Below are positions 42,001-55,100 of a stretch of 64,000 nucleotides of DNA, one piece after another. The position numbers and the translations under genes were made by a program. Source of the DNA: Octopus vulgaris (lineage: Eukaryota); contig OX597832.1 of NCBI GenBank assembly GCA_951406725.2, positions 56,544,001-56,608,000 on the forward strand, read 5' to 3'. Positions within the stretch are counted from its first letter, which is position 1. Every line of letters starts with the position of its first letter. A model generated the notes under the pieces. The model was not told the DNA's origin and did not search any database. It saw nothing but the letters and a program-made list of their open reading frames with translations.

Positions 42001-45000
42001 GGGGAAGAGGTGAGGATATTTTATATTATCAACAACAATAATGATGATGACTGATAATTTAAGCTCATGGACAACAATTTTAAGTTGAAGGGGTCAGGGT
42101 TAGCCATTTACATTGATCTTGTACTTGACTGGTACTTTATACCAGTGACAATAATAAAAATGATAATAATATTGTTTTGAGCTGAGTGGGGGTGCTAGAT
42201 TCCCTTGTTTGAAAATATAAGGACACAGGTCGTGTGATATAGACAGCTGGAGATGATGTCTCCTAGGGCTAAATTACAGCAACATTCATCCTAAACCAGA
42301 ACTGCCATGTTATGTTGGTAAACAATCTTTACTACAAAGTACTGTTGCTGAATATCTCTCGTTGAGAGATTTACAAATAGTAATTTTCTAATATAATAAT
42401 AATATTAATTATAATCCTCTCTGTTGGAAGCACAAGGCTTTGAAATTTGAGGGAAGGGATTAAGTCGATTACATCGACTCCCAGTGCGTAACTGGTACTA
42501 ATTTTATCGACCCCGCAAAAGGATGAAAGGCAAAATCAACTTCAATGAAATTTGAACTCAGGATGTAATGGCAGATGAAATATGGCTAAGCATTTCACCC
42601 GGCATACTAACGAGTCTGCTAGCTTGCCACCTTTCCCCAATAATACTACTACTACTACTACCACCACCACCACCAATTATAATAATAATTTTGGCACAAG
42701 ACCAGCAAGTTTGAAGGATAGGGTAAGTTGATTACATTGACCCTAGGGCACAACTGGTATTTATTAAAGGATAAAAAACAAAGTTGACCTCAGAAGTTAT
42801 TTGAACAACAAAAATAATAATTCTGTTGTGTCTGGGGAGAGTCATTTTCTTTTTGTGCCTTATAATGTAACACACTCACCGGTTAAATTTCCACTTCTTT
42901 CTTATTTTTATTTCCCTAAAATTTTCGTTGCGTCTTGCAACCTTTTCAATAGTCTTGTGGAAATTTTACTGGTGGATGTGTTAAATTATAAGGCACAAAA
43001 AGAAAATGACTCTCCCCAGACACAACAGAATATGCTTCAACACATGAACTCATATAAGGAATCTTGCAAACCAAATCCAAAAACGAAAAATAATAATAAC
43101 CTTTTCTACAATAAGCAGAGGGCCTGCAATTTTGGGGGATTGGCACAATATTCAAAATAATCTTTTCTGCAATAGGCACAAGGCCTGAAATTTTAATAAT
43201 AGCAATAACAACGGGGGTGGGGTGTGGGGTGAAGGCTGAATCAAATATTACAATAAAAAAATTCTAAATGGGGTTTACATAGAAATCAGACGAAATAAAA
43301 ATAAAAAAAGTACACAGTATATAAATATGTGATAGAGAAATAATGCCTTTATTATGTTGGTACAATGACAGAATGAGCTGGCAAATAAGCAGACAAAATG
43401 TAGAGTCATTGTGACCAAACTGTCACATGATGCTTTCAGTGGTAATTGGTCCATTGTTTTGCGTGAAGCTTCTTGTCAGCAGGCGGAGATGAAAACAATG
43501 ACAGTTAAATAAAGCAGCACAGGAATATCAGATTTTAGTCACCTCTGCTTGTGATGACAACCAACCATCATCTGGTGGAGACGTACAATACCTCTTGGCT
43601 TGAAGTCTAATGTACTTTTCATAAAAGATTTACTTTAACCCTTTAGTGTTCGCATTATTCTACCAAAATTAATGCCTTTTCATCCACATTGCCTTGAACT
43701 AATCATGCATTATCTTGTAGCTTTGAGATTTTGATGAGGCAGCTGTTAACTTTTAAAACAATATTGTAGGGTTGGTGTGAGATACCAGATCTGGCCATTT
43801 TGAACATAAAACAGGCAGAATACTTTTGGCCGGATATGGCCGGTTTAAATGCTAAAGGGTTAAATGGACAGAGGTGTTGGAGTTACCAGGGATGAAAGAT
43901 AGGCGGGTCAATTTGAGCTGACTTGGCTTGTTTGGTTGACTACCTGTACACATCAGGGCAGAGTTAGCCCTGGGCTACATAACAACAACAACAAACATAG
44001 GACAGGTTTTGTTTGGCAAGTTTTGGCACAAGGCCAGTGATTTTAGGGACCCGGGGTTAGGCAACTACAGTGACCCCAGTACGTCACTGGTACTATAGTT
44101 TACCAACCTCAGAATCAATGACAAAGTTGATCTCGGCAAGATATGAACTTGGAACACAAGGAGTGAAAAGAAATGTCGCTAACCCTTTTAATCTGACATA
44201 CTAATCATTCTGCCGGCCTGCTGCCTTAAATACAGGGTGTCCCAAAAGTCACTGATGGGTTTCAATTTTTAATAACTTCCTTAAATTTACAAATAAAATC
44301 ATGAAATTTTGATTCAATATAAAAGAAATAATGGTCCCTGAATAAGGGTTGTTTAAGGATGTTGAAAGAACCACCCATGTTTCCAGAGGTGAATTATTCA
44401 AACCCCAAAGAATCCCTCTCAATGCATGGCTATGATGCTCCCCCACTACTTCTGTTCATGATCGGAGATGCACATTTCGTCAGCCACTAAGGGACGTGCT
44501 CAACTGGTTATGGTCAAACAACTGACAAGCAAATCTGTGGTATTGAGCAGAATATTTGCTGTGGCCCATCTTTTTATACCAAGACAAAACAATGTACATG
44601 ATAACACTTCCAATCAGTTAAGATCAGAAGCCACTGGAGCCACTGCCTGGTACTGCATCGAGGCATTTATTATTGTAGTTGTTGTTGATGATGATGATGA
44701 TTAGCTGCCTGCATTGTCCTTGTAATAATAACTTGAATTGCATGTCCCAGCTATTTTCATTCTGAGTTCGAATCTCACCAAGGTTAACATTGCCTTTGTC
44801 ATTCTGGGTTCTATGGAATTCATTACTAATCAGATATTATGACTACCCGCTTCCCTTCAAATTTAGGTACCTGAATACGTTAGAAACAGTCACTAATGTT
44901 ATCTCTTTTAAAGAATCTAATTAATAGTTGTTTGTTAGAGTAATTATCTGACTGAACAGCTGAGATGAAAGTTCGTTTGAGATAAGTCTCATGTAAAGGT

Positions 45001-48000
45001 CAGGTCTTGTCATATTGCTGACTTGTGATAAAATATGATTAGAAAATTAAATTATACTCATGATTACAAGGGAGCTTCTATGTCATTGCCCTACCCTTCT
45101 AGAAATAGCAGCCAAAGCTTTTCCACCTTACCATCTTGAGAAAAAGAAAAAAGGTGATATTGGACAGCATAGTGCTGAGTATAAAAATTAGTGTGGTCAT
45201 GGTTGGAGTGTCTGTGATTGTAGATGAGTTTGGTCAGGGTTGATTTGGGACTGATCAATGATATTCTACCTTTTGGGCCAATGAGACTCTAAAAGCTACA
45301 GGAGGAAACCAGGACGTTGATTAATTACTGGATACTTGTCCATTATGGCTTTTTTAGGGTGTTAATCAGAGCAGCAGGATTTGGGAACCTATTTTGGTTG
45401 TGTTGTTCTTAAATAAAAAGCATGAAGATGTACTGTTTATTGGTGTGAAGTCCAAACCAATTTCTTAAAAATATTTCTATGTTGCGTTGAACATCACTTT
45501 TCATTTCCCAATTAGAAAAAAAATTTAATTATTTTTTTGAAAAGGTGATAATACAGTTTTTGTGTGTGTATGTCTGTCTGCCTATCTATCCATCTATCCA
45601 CCCATGACATTGCATAGGAAAAGATGAAGCACAGTGTATCCAGCTATGGCTAATCAGTCTGATGCATGCTTGGAAGGCTTTGCTACAGGGTGGCCACTGG
45701 TGGTCTGTTGAGACTGAAGGCAAGGAGTTGGTTCTGGATGTAGTTTGTGTTTCCTTTGTGCCCCAGTAATCCTGGTCTGTTCATAGGAGGTGACACCTGT
45801 TGGTGCAGCATCGCCAGGCAGGGCAGTCTTGTGCTTAATTTGGATAGAAACTGTGGAAGAGGGAGACCGAGGAAGATAGATGAAATAGCAAAGACTGACC
45901 TCAGGATGTTGAATCTCATGGAGATGACAAAGGATTGAGATGACTGGTGATTCACCTGTGCTCAAGAAGACCCATCAAACTCAGCAAAACAAAAACAAAA
46001 AAAAAAAAATAAGGTCTATCCTCCCACAACTCATCTTCCTATTACCCATCTCTTCATCACTCTTCTGACTATGGCACTATTTGCTCAGCTGCTGTAATTA
46101 TGTAGTAAAGATTGTTTGCCAACATAGCATGGCAGTCCTGGTTTAGGACTAATGTTGCTGTAAATTAGCCCAAGGAGACATCGTCTCCAGTTGGCTACAC
46201 GACACAAAATTAAGCATCTAGTGCTGTGGTTCTCAACCAGAGTCCCATATGGTCCTTGAGGGGTCCGCATAAGATTTTGTTGTTAAAATTTATGTACAAT
46301 AAATCGGTTTACTCTTTTGCAAGGTACAAAATATTTTAACAATTCTTTATACAATTCCTAATAATATTTAAGTATAAAAGTATATATAAAAAAAAATATA
46401 TGATTTTTAAACGTTGAATGGCTATGAGGGTCCACCTGAAAAAATAGGAATGAAAGAGATCTATAGGCAAAACAACAAAAAGCGGTTAAGAACCATCGAT
46501 CTAGTGCAGTGCTCCGCGGCACACTGGTGTACCACAAGACAAAGCTAGGTGTTCCACAGCGTAACTTGAATATAATTGTTTTCCTTATACTTTTACTAGC
46601 AGTATCGCCCTGCGTTGCTCGGGTTTGTTTCGACCCTTTAGAAATGGAATCTTTGAAAAGTAAAAATTTTGCATTATGTAGCTTGTTATTCTCTTTAAGT
46701 GAACATTTTTCTGGTTGAAATACACCGAAAAATGGCAACACAGCAGTCAAAACATCGTAAAAAATAGGGATTTTCATAGAAAAAAAGCACCTTTTTGATG
46801 TAAATAATTTTAGGTATTAACATGGTCCGATTTGAATTTTATCTTGTACGGAATGAAGAGCAAGCCTTCTATCATACTCTCAATTTTGGTCAACTTGCGC
46901 CGCAGGGTCTCGGAGGAGATAGTGTTAGTTGAAGGCTACCAAACCTGCCATACACACAGACAACTTCAGCTTTATATATATATATATAAAGATTTATATT
47001 TTTAGTTCAGGTGTACCGCCAGATTTTGAAAAGAATATAAGTGTACAGCAAGTGAAAAGAGATTGCAGAGCACTGGCCTAGTGTGTGTGTGCATGCGTGT
47101 GTCCTGCCCGAATGGCTATGAACTGACAAGGGAGATAACTTCTCTATCATATATCTGCAGTTACTTCAGGCTAATGTTATGCATAGCAGTGTGTGTGTGT
47201 TAAAGTAAGAGTGCTCAATGTGTTTCGTATTTACTCATTGGTTTGAAGCTAAAGCTTTATTGTTGCTGCTCTCACCCCAGTTAATGTCTATCAGATGATC
47301 ATGGCAAGGTTTTTTTTTTACTTAGTGCATTTCCCAGCATTGAAGACATAATTTTTTTTTAGCTCTAAAATGAGAACGAAATATTTACGGTGGATTCCAG
47401 AAGACGAAGGTCACATTTAGCATCATCCAATTCAAATAACTCTACCAGGGTAGAGTTATTTATACCAAACTTAAAATAATGATAAACTTTCACATCAGTG
47501 CTTTATGTACCACCCATGGGTTAATGTTGACATTGTTACCCAGAAACAAAATTGAAAAAAAAAAAAAAAGAAACGAAAATAGTGCAACGGGTGTGAAAAA
47601 AAAATGGTGTTGGAATCGAATCGACAGGGAGCGGGGAGAGGCCTTCGGAAAATTCACAAGATCCGATGTTTTTCCCTCGTAACTGTGAGGAAAATGGATA
47701 TCTTTCTACTTCACACCCATGTAGGAAACAAATCTGAAAACAAAAATGCGCGGAAAGCAAGGGGAAAGGGGGTGAGAGGACTTCGGAAAATTCACAAGAT
47801 TCACAAGATCCGAGTTTTTCCCTTGTAACTTTGAGGAAAATATAATCCTTTTGAAATCACAAATAAGGCTTTGCCGCAGGAACTTGGATGCTTAACATTC
47901 ATTTGAAGGGTTCGGGTCTTTACCTCTACTATATATATAGGGAGAGTTTACGAAAAAAGACAGACAGGTGGTGTACAAAACAAACAGATGTATTAGTATA

Positions 48001-48581
48001 ACACTCAGGAATAGAAAAAGTCTTTTACGTTTCGAGCCTACGCTCTTCTACAGAAAGGGACGCAGAAAAAACAAGGAGAGAAAAAAATGTGTGTAGTGGC
48101 TAACAATCTATCATGGCGACTAGTGCCAGACAGAAGGGTCAAACATGAGAAAATATATATATATATACACATACACACATATATATATATACATACATCA
48201 TACACACACACACATATAGTAGAAGGTCCCTAACCCTTCAAAGGAATGTTTAGCATCCAAGTTCCTGAGGAAAACCCTAGCTTGTGATTTCAAAAGGATT
48301 ATATTTTCCTCAAAGTTACGAGGGAAAAACTCGGATCTTGTAAATATTGTTAATTTTCCGAGGTCCTCTCACCACAAATTTCTTTATAATTGTAATCTAT
48401 ACCATTTGAAAGGTATTTATATAAAATTTCATTAAATAAAAAAAAAACCATTTTCCTAAAAGTTATGAGGGAAAGACATCGGATCTTGTGAATTTTCCAA
48501 AGGCTTCTCCCCCACCCCCACGTTGACTTCCGCTCATTTTTGTTTTCATATTCGTTTCCTGCACTTTTTTTACACCCGTTG

Positions 48582-48623
<42 letters not shown>

Positions 48624-49106
48624 TTTTTGATTTCGTTTCGGATAATAATGTCAACATTAACCCCACGTATGTATAACCTCTTATGTTTTACATCTGAAAC
48701 TTTCTTTTTTTTTACTTTTCGTTTTTAACTTTTTAAAGACATCTTCAAAAATTGGTCCGCCAAATACCAGTGGTGTGGACGATGATGATGACGACGATGA
48801 TGAAGAAGCTGAAGATATGGAAGCGTTTGAACAGAGTGGAATGTTGGAAGAACAAGATAACGTGATTATATTTCTTTCTTTTTTTACTTTTTTTTTATTG
48901 CATCTGCTTCTAAGAATTTACCCTGAATGCAATTACCAACTTCCTGTTTATTGCAAAGCACACCATGTGTATTTGTGTGTCTGCAGATAATATCTGGCAG
49001 TCGGAGCACCTGGAAATTATTGCCACTTTTAAGGGGAAAGAAATTTATGAAAAGAAAAAAATGTAGTAAAAATTATTCTATGATTTCTTTTTCTATCCAT
49101 CTCTCC

Positions 49107-49137
<31 letters not shown>

Positions 49138-52100
49138 CGTATGCACGCACAAACACATATGCATGTACACACACACATTGCTGCTTCCCAACCACGAGAC
49201 GATGCTAGGTGTACTGCAGTGTAACCTGAATATAATTTTTTTCCCTATACTTTTTTAGTTATATTTTTGTTAGGTGTGTCGCACATACACACACACAATC
49301 ACAGTCATACACATCGCTGCTTCACAACCACGTAATTTCAGGTTCAGTCCCACTGCATGGTACCTTAGGCAAGTACCTTTTACTATACTCTCAGGTCAAC
49401 CAAAACCTTGTGAGTAGGTTTAGTAGAAGGAAACTGAAAGAAGCCCATTGTATATAAATACATGTGTGGTGTTGCCTTCTTTTGACATTGCTTGATAGTT
49501 GTAAACGAGTGTCACCATCATACAAGCAGAGTCCTTCATTTCCAATCTTTTGTGAGAATACGCCTGGTCATGGAGGAAACATTACCTTGCATGGAAACAT
49601 GTAGGTGTTGGTGACAGGAAGAGCATCCAGCCATAGAAAATCTGCCTCAGCGAATTCCATGCAACCATGGAAAAGTTGTTAAGATGGTGATTGTTTATTT
49701 AAAGTTTTTCCCGTAACATGGGGGTTAGTTGAATACATATTATTGGCCATTACTTATATACATATTTCTTTATTACCCACAAGGGGCTAAACATAGAGGG
49801 GACAAACAAGGACAGACATAGGTATTAAGTCAATTACATCGACCCCAGTGCGTAACTGGTACTTAATTCATCGACCCCGAAAGGATGAAAGGCAAAGTCG
49901 ACCTCGGCGGAATTTCAACTCAGAACGTAGCAACAGACGAAATACGGCTACGCATTTCGCCCGGCGTGCTAACGTTTCTGCCAGCTCGCCGCCTTAGTTA
50001 TATACAGCTGGATGCCCTTCTTCTCACTAACACTTAACTTTTTTTCCCCAAGTAAAGAAGTTTTCATTCGATTCATTTTTGAAATCACAGACGATCCCTT
50101 CAAGCTGATCTGCCAAGCATTTGCACTCTGCTGAGGAGAGTGCAAGTCAGGTGGACAAGCCACTGTTCAAATGCTTGACAAACAACTCCCCCTGAGACTG
50201 ATTTATAACAAGCTGGTAGGGTGCTAAGAGCACCATCTGAGCGTGATCGTTGCCAGAGTGGCTAACTCGCTTCCGTGCTGGTGACATGTAGGAGGCACCA
50301 TTCGAGTGGGATCGTTACCAGCCTCGCCGTAGTGGCACCTGTGCCGTTGGCATGTGTAAAAAGATTCGAGCAAGGTCGTTGCCAGTACTGCCTGACTGGC
50401 CCCCGTGTTGGTGGCAGGTAAAAGCACCCACTACACTCTCGGAGTGGTTGGCGTTAGGAAGGGCATCCAGCTGTAGAAACTCTGCCAGATCAAGACTGGA
50501 GCCTGTTGCAGCCATCTGGTTCGCCAGCTTTCAGTCAAACCGTCCAACCCATGCTAGCATGGAAAGTGGACGTTAAACGATGATGATGATGGTAGAAGGC
50601 GAGGTTGACAGAAAGAGCGCTTCAAGAATACCCTCAAAGCTTCACTGAAGGGCTTTGAGATCAACCCTGACACCTGGGAAACTCAAGCACAAGAGATGCA
50701 CCGATAGTGGTTCCACCTATGAAGAGAACAGGACAGAATTGTAGAGGCACAAAGACCACACGAACTATGCAAGCCCAGAGCCAGCCCTTTGCCTTCAGTC
50801 CCGACAGACCCACAGTGGCCAACACGTAGCAGGCCCTTCCAAGTACACATTGGACTGAATAGACACAACTAGACATTCCATATCCCGTCATCTTCTCCAA
50901 TGCGATGCCCTTGGTCATTGTCGACGACAGACGAACTAATTTACCTTTTGTCTTTCTTACTATCAGTCTTGAAGGCTCTGAAAAGGGTCCTAGGACACTG
51001 CCCTTTATTTCTCCTATTTAAAAAAAGAAAAAGAAAAAAAAAGACATTTAAATTAAGCACAATATTATATTTAGAGATGCCGAACCGAATGAATAGTTTT
51101 CTGGTTAACAGAATCCGTCGTTTAATCATTTGATTGCTCCCAGAAACAATAATCGATAAAGGGAGATAATAATGAACTAGCAAGGGAGATAACTTTACTG
51201 AAATGGTGTCAACTTTTAAAAATAAGTATATTGTTTCTTTATCACTTTTTCTTCTTTCGCTTGTTTCAGTCATTAGACTGCGACCATGCTGGGGCACCGC
51301 CTTAAGGAATTTTAGTCAAACGAAGCGACCCCCAATACTTTTTTTTTTAAAGTTTGGTTCTTATTCTATCAAGTCTTTCTGTACTTTAGAAAAAAATGTT
51401 AAAACTCCATTAAAACGTAATTCGTTCAGTTACAAACGTATAAATATCGTTTCAGTTTAATTTGGTTCTAAATGTATTTTTAACGTTTGTTTCTCCAGGC
51501 CACAATTGAGATTCGACCAACTGTTCCTGGCAGTGAAGGAACCTTATCGGGCGAGAATGGAGTTTTACAAACTCGTACATATGATCTTAACATTACTTAT
51601 GATAAATATTACCAAACTCCACGGCTCTGGCTCTACGGCTACGATGAGGTAAGATTCTTTATCGTTTCACTCTGTATCTGCGAAGACCATCTTAAAATTC
51701 TGGCACAGGGCCAGCAGTTTTTGAGGGGAGGGGCTAATCAATTATATCAACCCCAGTACTGGACTGGTACTTATTTTATAGACTCCAAAAGGATGAAAGG
51801 CAAAGTCATCGTCAGTGGAATTTGAACTCAGAATATCAAGACAGACTAAAGCTTCTAAGCACTTTGTCCAGCATCCTAATGAATCTGCCAGTTCAATAAT
51901 AATAATACTACTAATAATAATAATGATAATAGTAATGGTTCCAAATTTTGGCACAAGGCCAGTAATTTTTAAGAGAACTGGAAATCAATTATATCGATCA
52001 CAGTACTTGACTGGTACTTTATTAACCCCAAAAGGATGAGTTTAAATTGTCCTCGGCAGAATTTGAACTTAAAATGTAAGGAGCTGGAAAATAAGCCATT

Positions 52101-55100
52101 AAGCGTTTTATCCAATACACATTTCTTCCAGCTTGCCACACCAATACTACTGCTACTAATAATAATGATAATAATAATCATAATGGTAGTGGTGGTGGTG
52201 ATTCCTGTCAATTTTGACATATGAGCATTTGAAGGAAAAAATTAAAAAAAAGGTTAAAACAAAAAAATTGCATTTATTTGCCATCATCATCATCATCATC
52301 ATATGTCTGTTGTCCATATTTGGCATGGGTTGTATGGTTTGACTGAGGCTGGTAAGCTGAGGGGCTGCACCAGACTCCAGTCTGATTTGGCATGGTTTTA
52401 TACAGCTGGGGGCCCTTCCCAACACTAACCACCCCGAGAGTGTAATGGGTGCTTATATGTGCCACTGACAAAGGTCTTGGTCATTACCTCCATGAGGCCC
52501 TACGCTTGAAAGGAACTCAGCCACTTTGCTTCTATGAGGCCCTACGCTTGAATGGAACTCAGCCACTTTGCTTCCATGAGGCCCTACGCTTGAAAGGAAC
52601 TCAATCACTTTACCTCCATGAGGCCCTACGCTTGAAAGGAACTCAGCCACTTTGGCTCCATGAGGCTCAACGCTTGAATGGAACTCAGCCACTTTGGCTC
52701 CATGAGACCCTACGCTTGAAAGGAACTCAGTCAATTTGCCTTCATGAGGCCCTACGCTTGAAAGGAACTCAGCCACTTTGCCTCCATGAGGCCCTACGCT
52801 TGAAAGGAACTCAGTCAACTTTGCCTTCCATGAGACCCTACGCTTGAAAGGAACTCAGTCAATTTGCCTTCATGAGGCCCTACGCTTGAAAGGAACTCAG
52901 CCACTTTGCCTCCATGAGGCCCTACGCTTGAATGGAACTCAGCCACTTTGCCTCCATGAGGCCCTACACTTGAAACGAACTCAGTCACTTTGCCTCCATG
53001 AGGCCCTACGCTTGAATGAAACTCAGCCACTTTGCCTCCATGAGGCCCTACGCTTGAATGGAACTCAGCCACTTTGCTTCCATGAGGCCCTACGCTTGAA
53101 AGGAACTCAGCCACTTTGCCTGCATGAGGCCCAATGCTCAAAAGGGTCCAGGTATGGATTTTGCTATTAAGTCTCAATAGAGACAATAATAATAGTTTTT
53201 AACATATGCACAATTATGTCTAAAATATTTTCCCATTCTCCAGGTTTTCTTAAAAATCTAATCTATAATTTGATTGTTGCATTACTTGTAATGTTGTGAA
53301 TAAATATTTTCAATATCTCATTATAGAATAGAAAACCTTTGACTGTGGAACAAATGTATGAAGATTTTAGTCAAGATCACGCCAAAAAGACTGTTACTAT
53401 GGAAACGCATCCTCATTTACCAGGACCTCCAATGGCTTCAGTTCATCCTTGCAGGCAAGTTTCACAACTTATTTCTTAATGTGGAATGTGTGTTGGGACT
53501 TAAGAATGTTTTATACAGGTGCTATAGTTACGTGACAGGGCTTGTTGTATGTTAGTGAGAGTAGGCTTAAGATATCGGGAGTAGTCTCAAGACATTGAGA
53601 CAAACGTTGAGACTTTGAGATTAGCCTCGAGACATTGAGATTAGCCTTGAGACACTGAAATTAGCCTCAAGACTCTGAGGGCAGTCTCGAGACACTGAGG
53701 GCAGCCTCAAGACGCTGAGGGCAGCCTCGAGACACTGAGGGTAGCCTTGAGACACTGAGGACGGCCTCGAGACATTGAGGGCAGCCTCAAGACTCTGAGG
53801 ATAGCCTAGTGACACTGAAGGCAACCTCGAGACACTGAGGGCAGCCTCAAGACACTGAGGGCAGCCTCGAGACACTGAGGGCAGCCTCGAGACTCTGAGG
53901 ATAGCCTAGCAACACTGAAGGCAACCTCGAGACACTGAGGACAGCCTTGAGACATTGAGGGCAATCCTCAAAACATTGAGGGTAGTGTGATGTTGTTGAC
54001 GGCATGTAACAGAATTGTACTAGTTGTAAGTTGAAAGAAGGCTATAAGAACATTGTGGCTTGATATATTGAGGAGTGTCAAGATAATGAGGGTTGTGAGG
54101 GAATGTTGACAGTTTGTTATGGATATATACACATGTTGAGGTTTATTTGAAAAACATTGTGGATAATGATGAAATGTTAATGAGAGTTACGAGGGAAGCT
54201 GATGCATGTTACAGAAGAGAAATAGAGAAAGGTATTAAGTGTAAGAATAGTGTGTGAAACTAGGTGGCACACCACTGGATATTAATCTTGCACATTTTCA
54301 TTAGTTGGTGATAATTAAATATTCTAAACTGTTTCTAGAAATAGAATTTCTGAGTGAATTTTTGAGTTCAAATCCTTCTGTGGGTATTTTGTTGTGTATT
54401 AGGGCAGTGTGTTAAATTTTACCTATTTTAGTTGTTAGCTGTTTGGAGTTGGGGACACAAATATTTTGGAAACACCTAACATTGGACAGATGGATGGATG
54501 GATTGATGGACAGACGGACAAGCAGATGGGAATCTATTTGGGGTTGACAGAGGAATGGACAGACAAGCAGAGAGGAACAGCTCTCAGATCTCTCTGGGAA
54601 CCTAATCTGAGATAGTTAGGATGGATAAGCAGATAGGAATAGGTACCGGATTTATCTGGGAATCTAAGTTTGGATGGATGGACAGACAGATGGGGATAGG
54701 AAGCAGATCTATCTTGGAATGTTCCCATATAGAGCTGGTATCAATTGCCAGCCATCCATCCATCCATCCATCCATTCATCCATCCCTGGTTAGATTCTTA
54801 AATAGATCTTGTACGAACATTTATTGTTTTATAGACAAAGGTTTACAATGGAAAGAACAACATGGGTTGTTTCTGTAATCAGGTTCTCTGACTATTTCTT
54901 TTTCTTATCATATTGCATGTATTCCCGTGGAGACACATGGCCTAGTGGTTAGAGCAGCGCACTCGCGGTCGAGGGATTGCGAGTTCGAATCTCAGACTGG
55001 GCGATGTGTGTGTTTATGAGTGAAACACCTAAGCTCCACGCAGCTCCGGCAGAAGGTAATGGCGAACTTCTGCTGACTCTTTTGCCACAACTTTCTCTCG

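Noticed and set aside
48761-48770. Alternative CAG acceptor for exon 6
   Set aside because: Out of frame with exon 5 and lacks a pyrimidine tract.
52449-53186. Repetitive ORFs on both strands, and a possible CRISPR-like array
   Set aside because: A 42-bp tandem unit (a multiple of 3) with no unique spacers, inside an intron, with a frameshift; no cas genes and a eukaryotic context.
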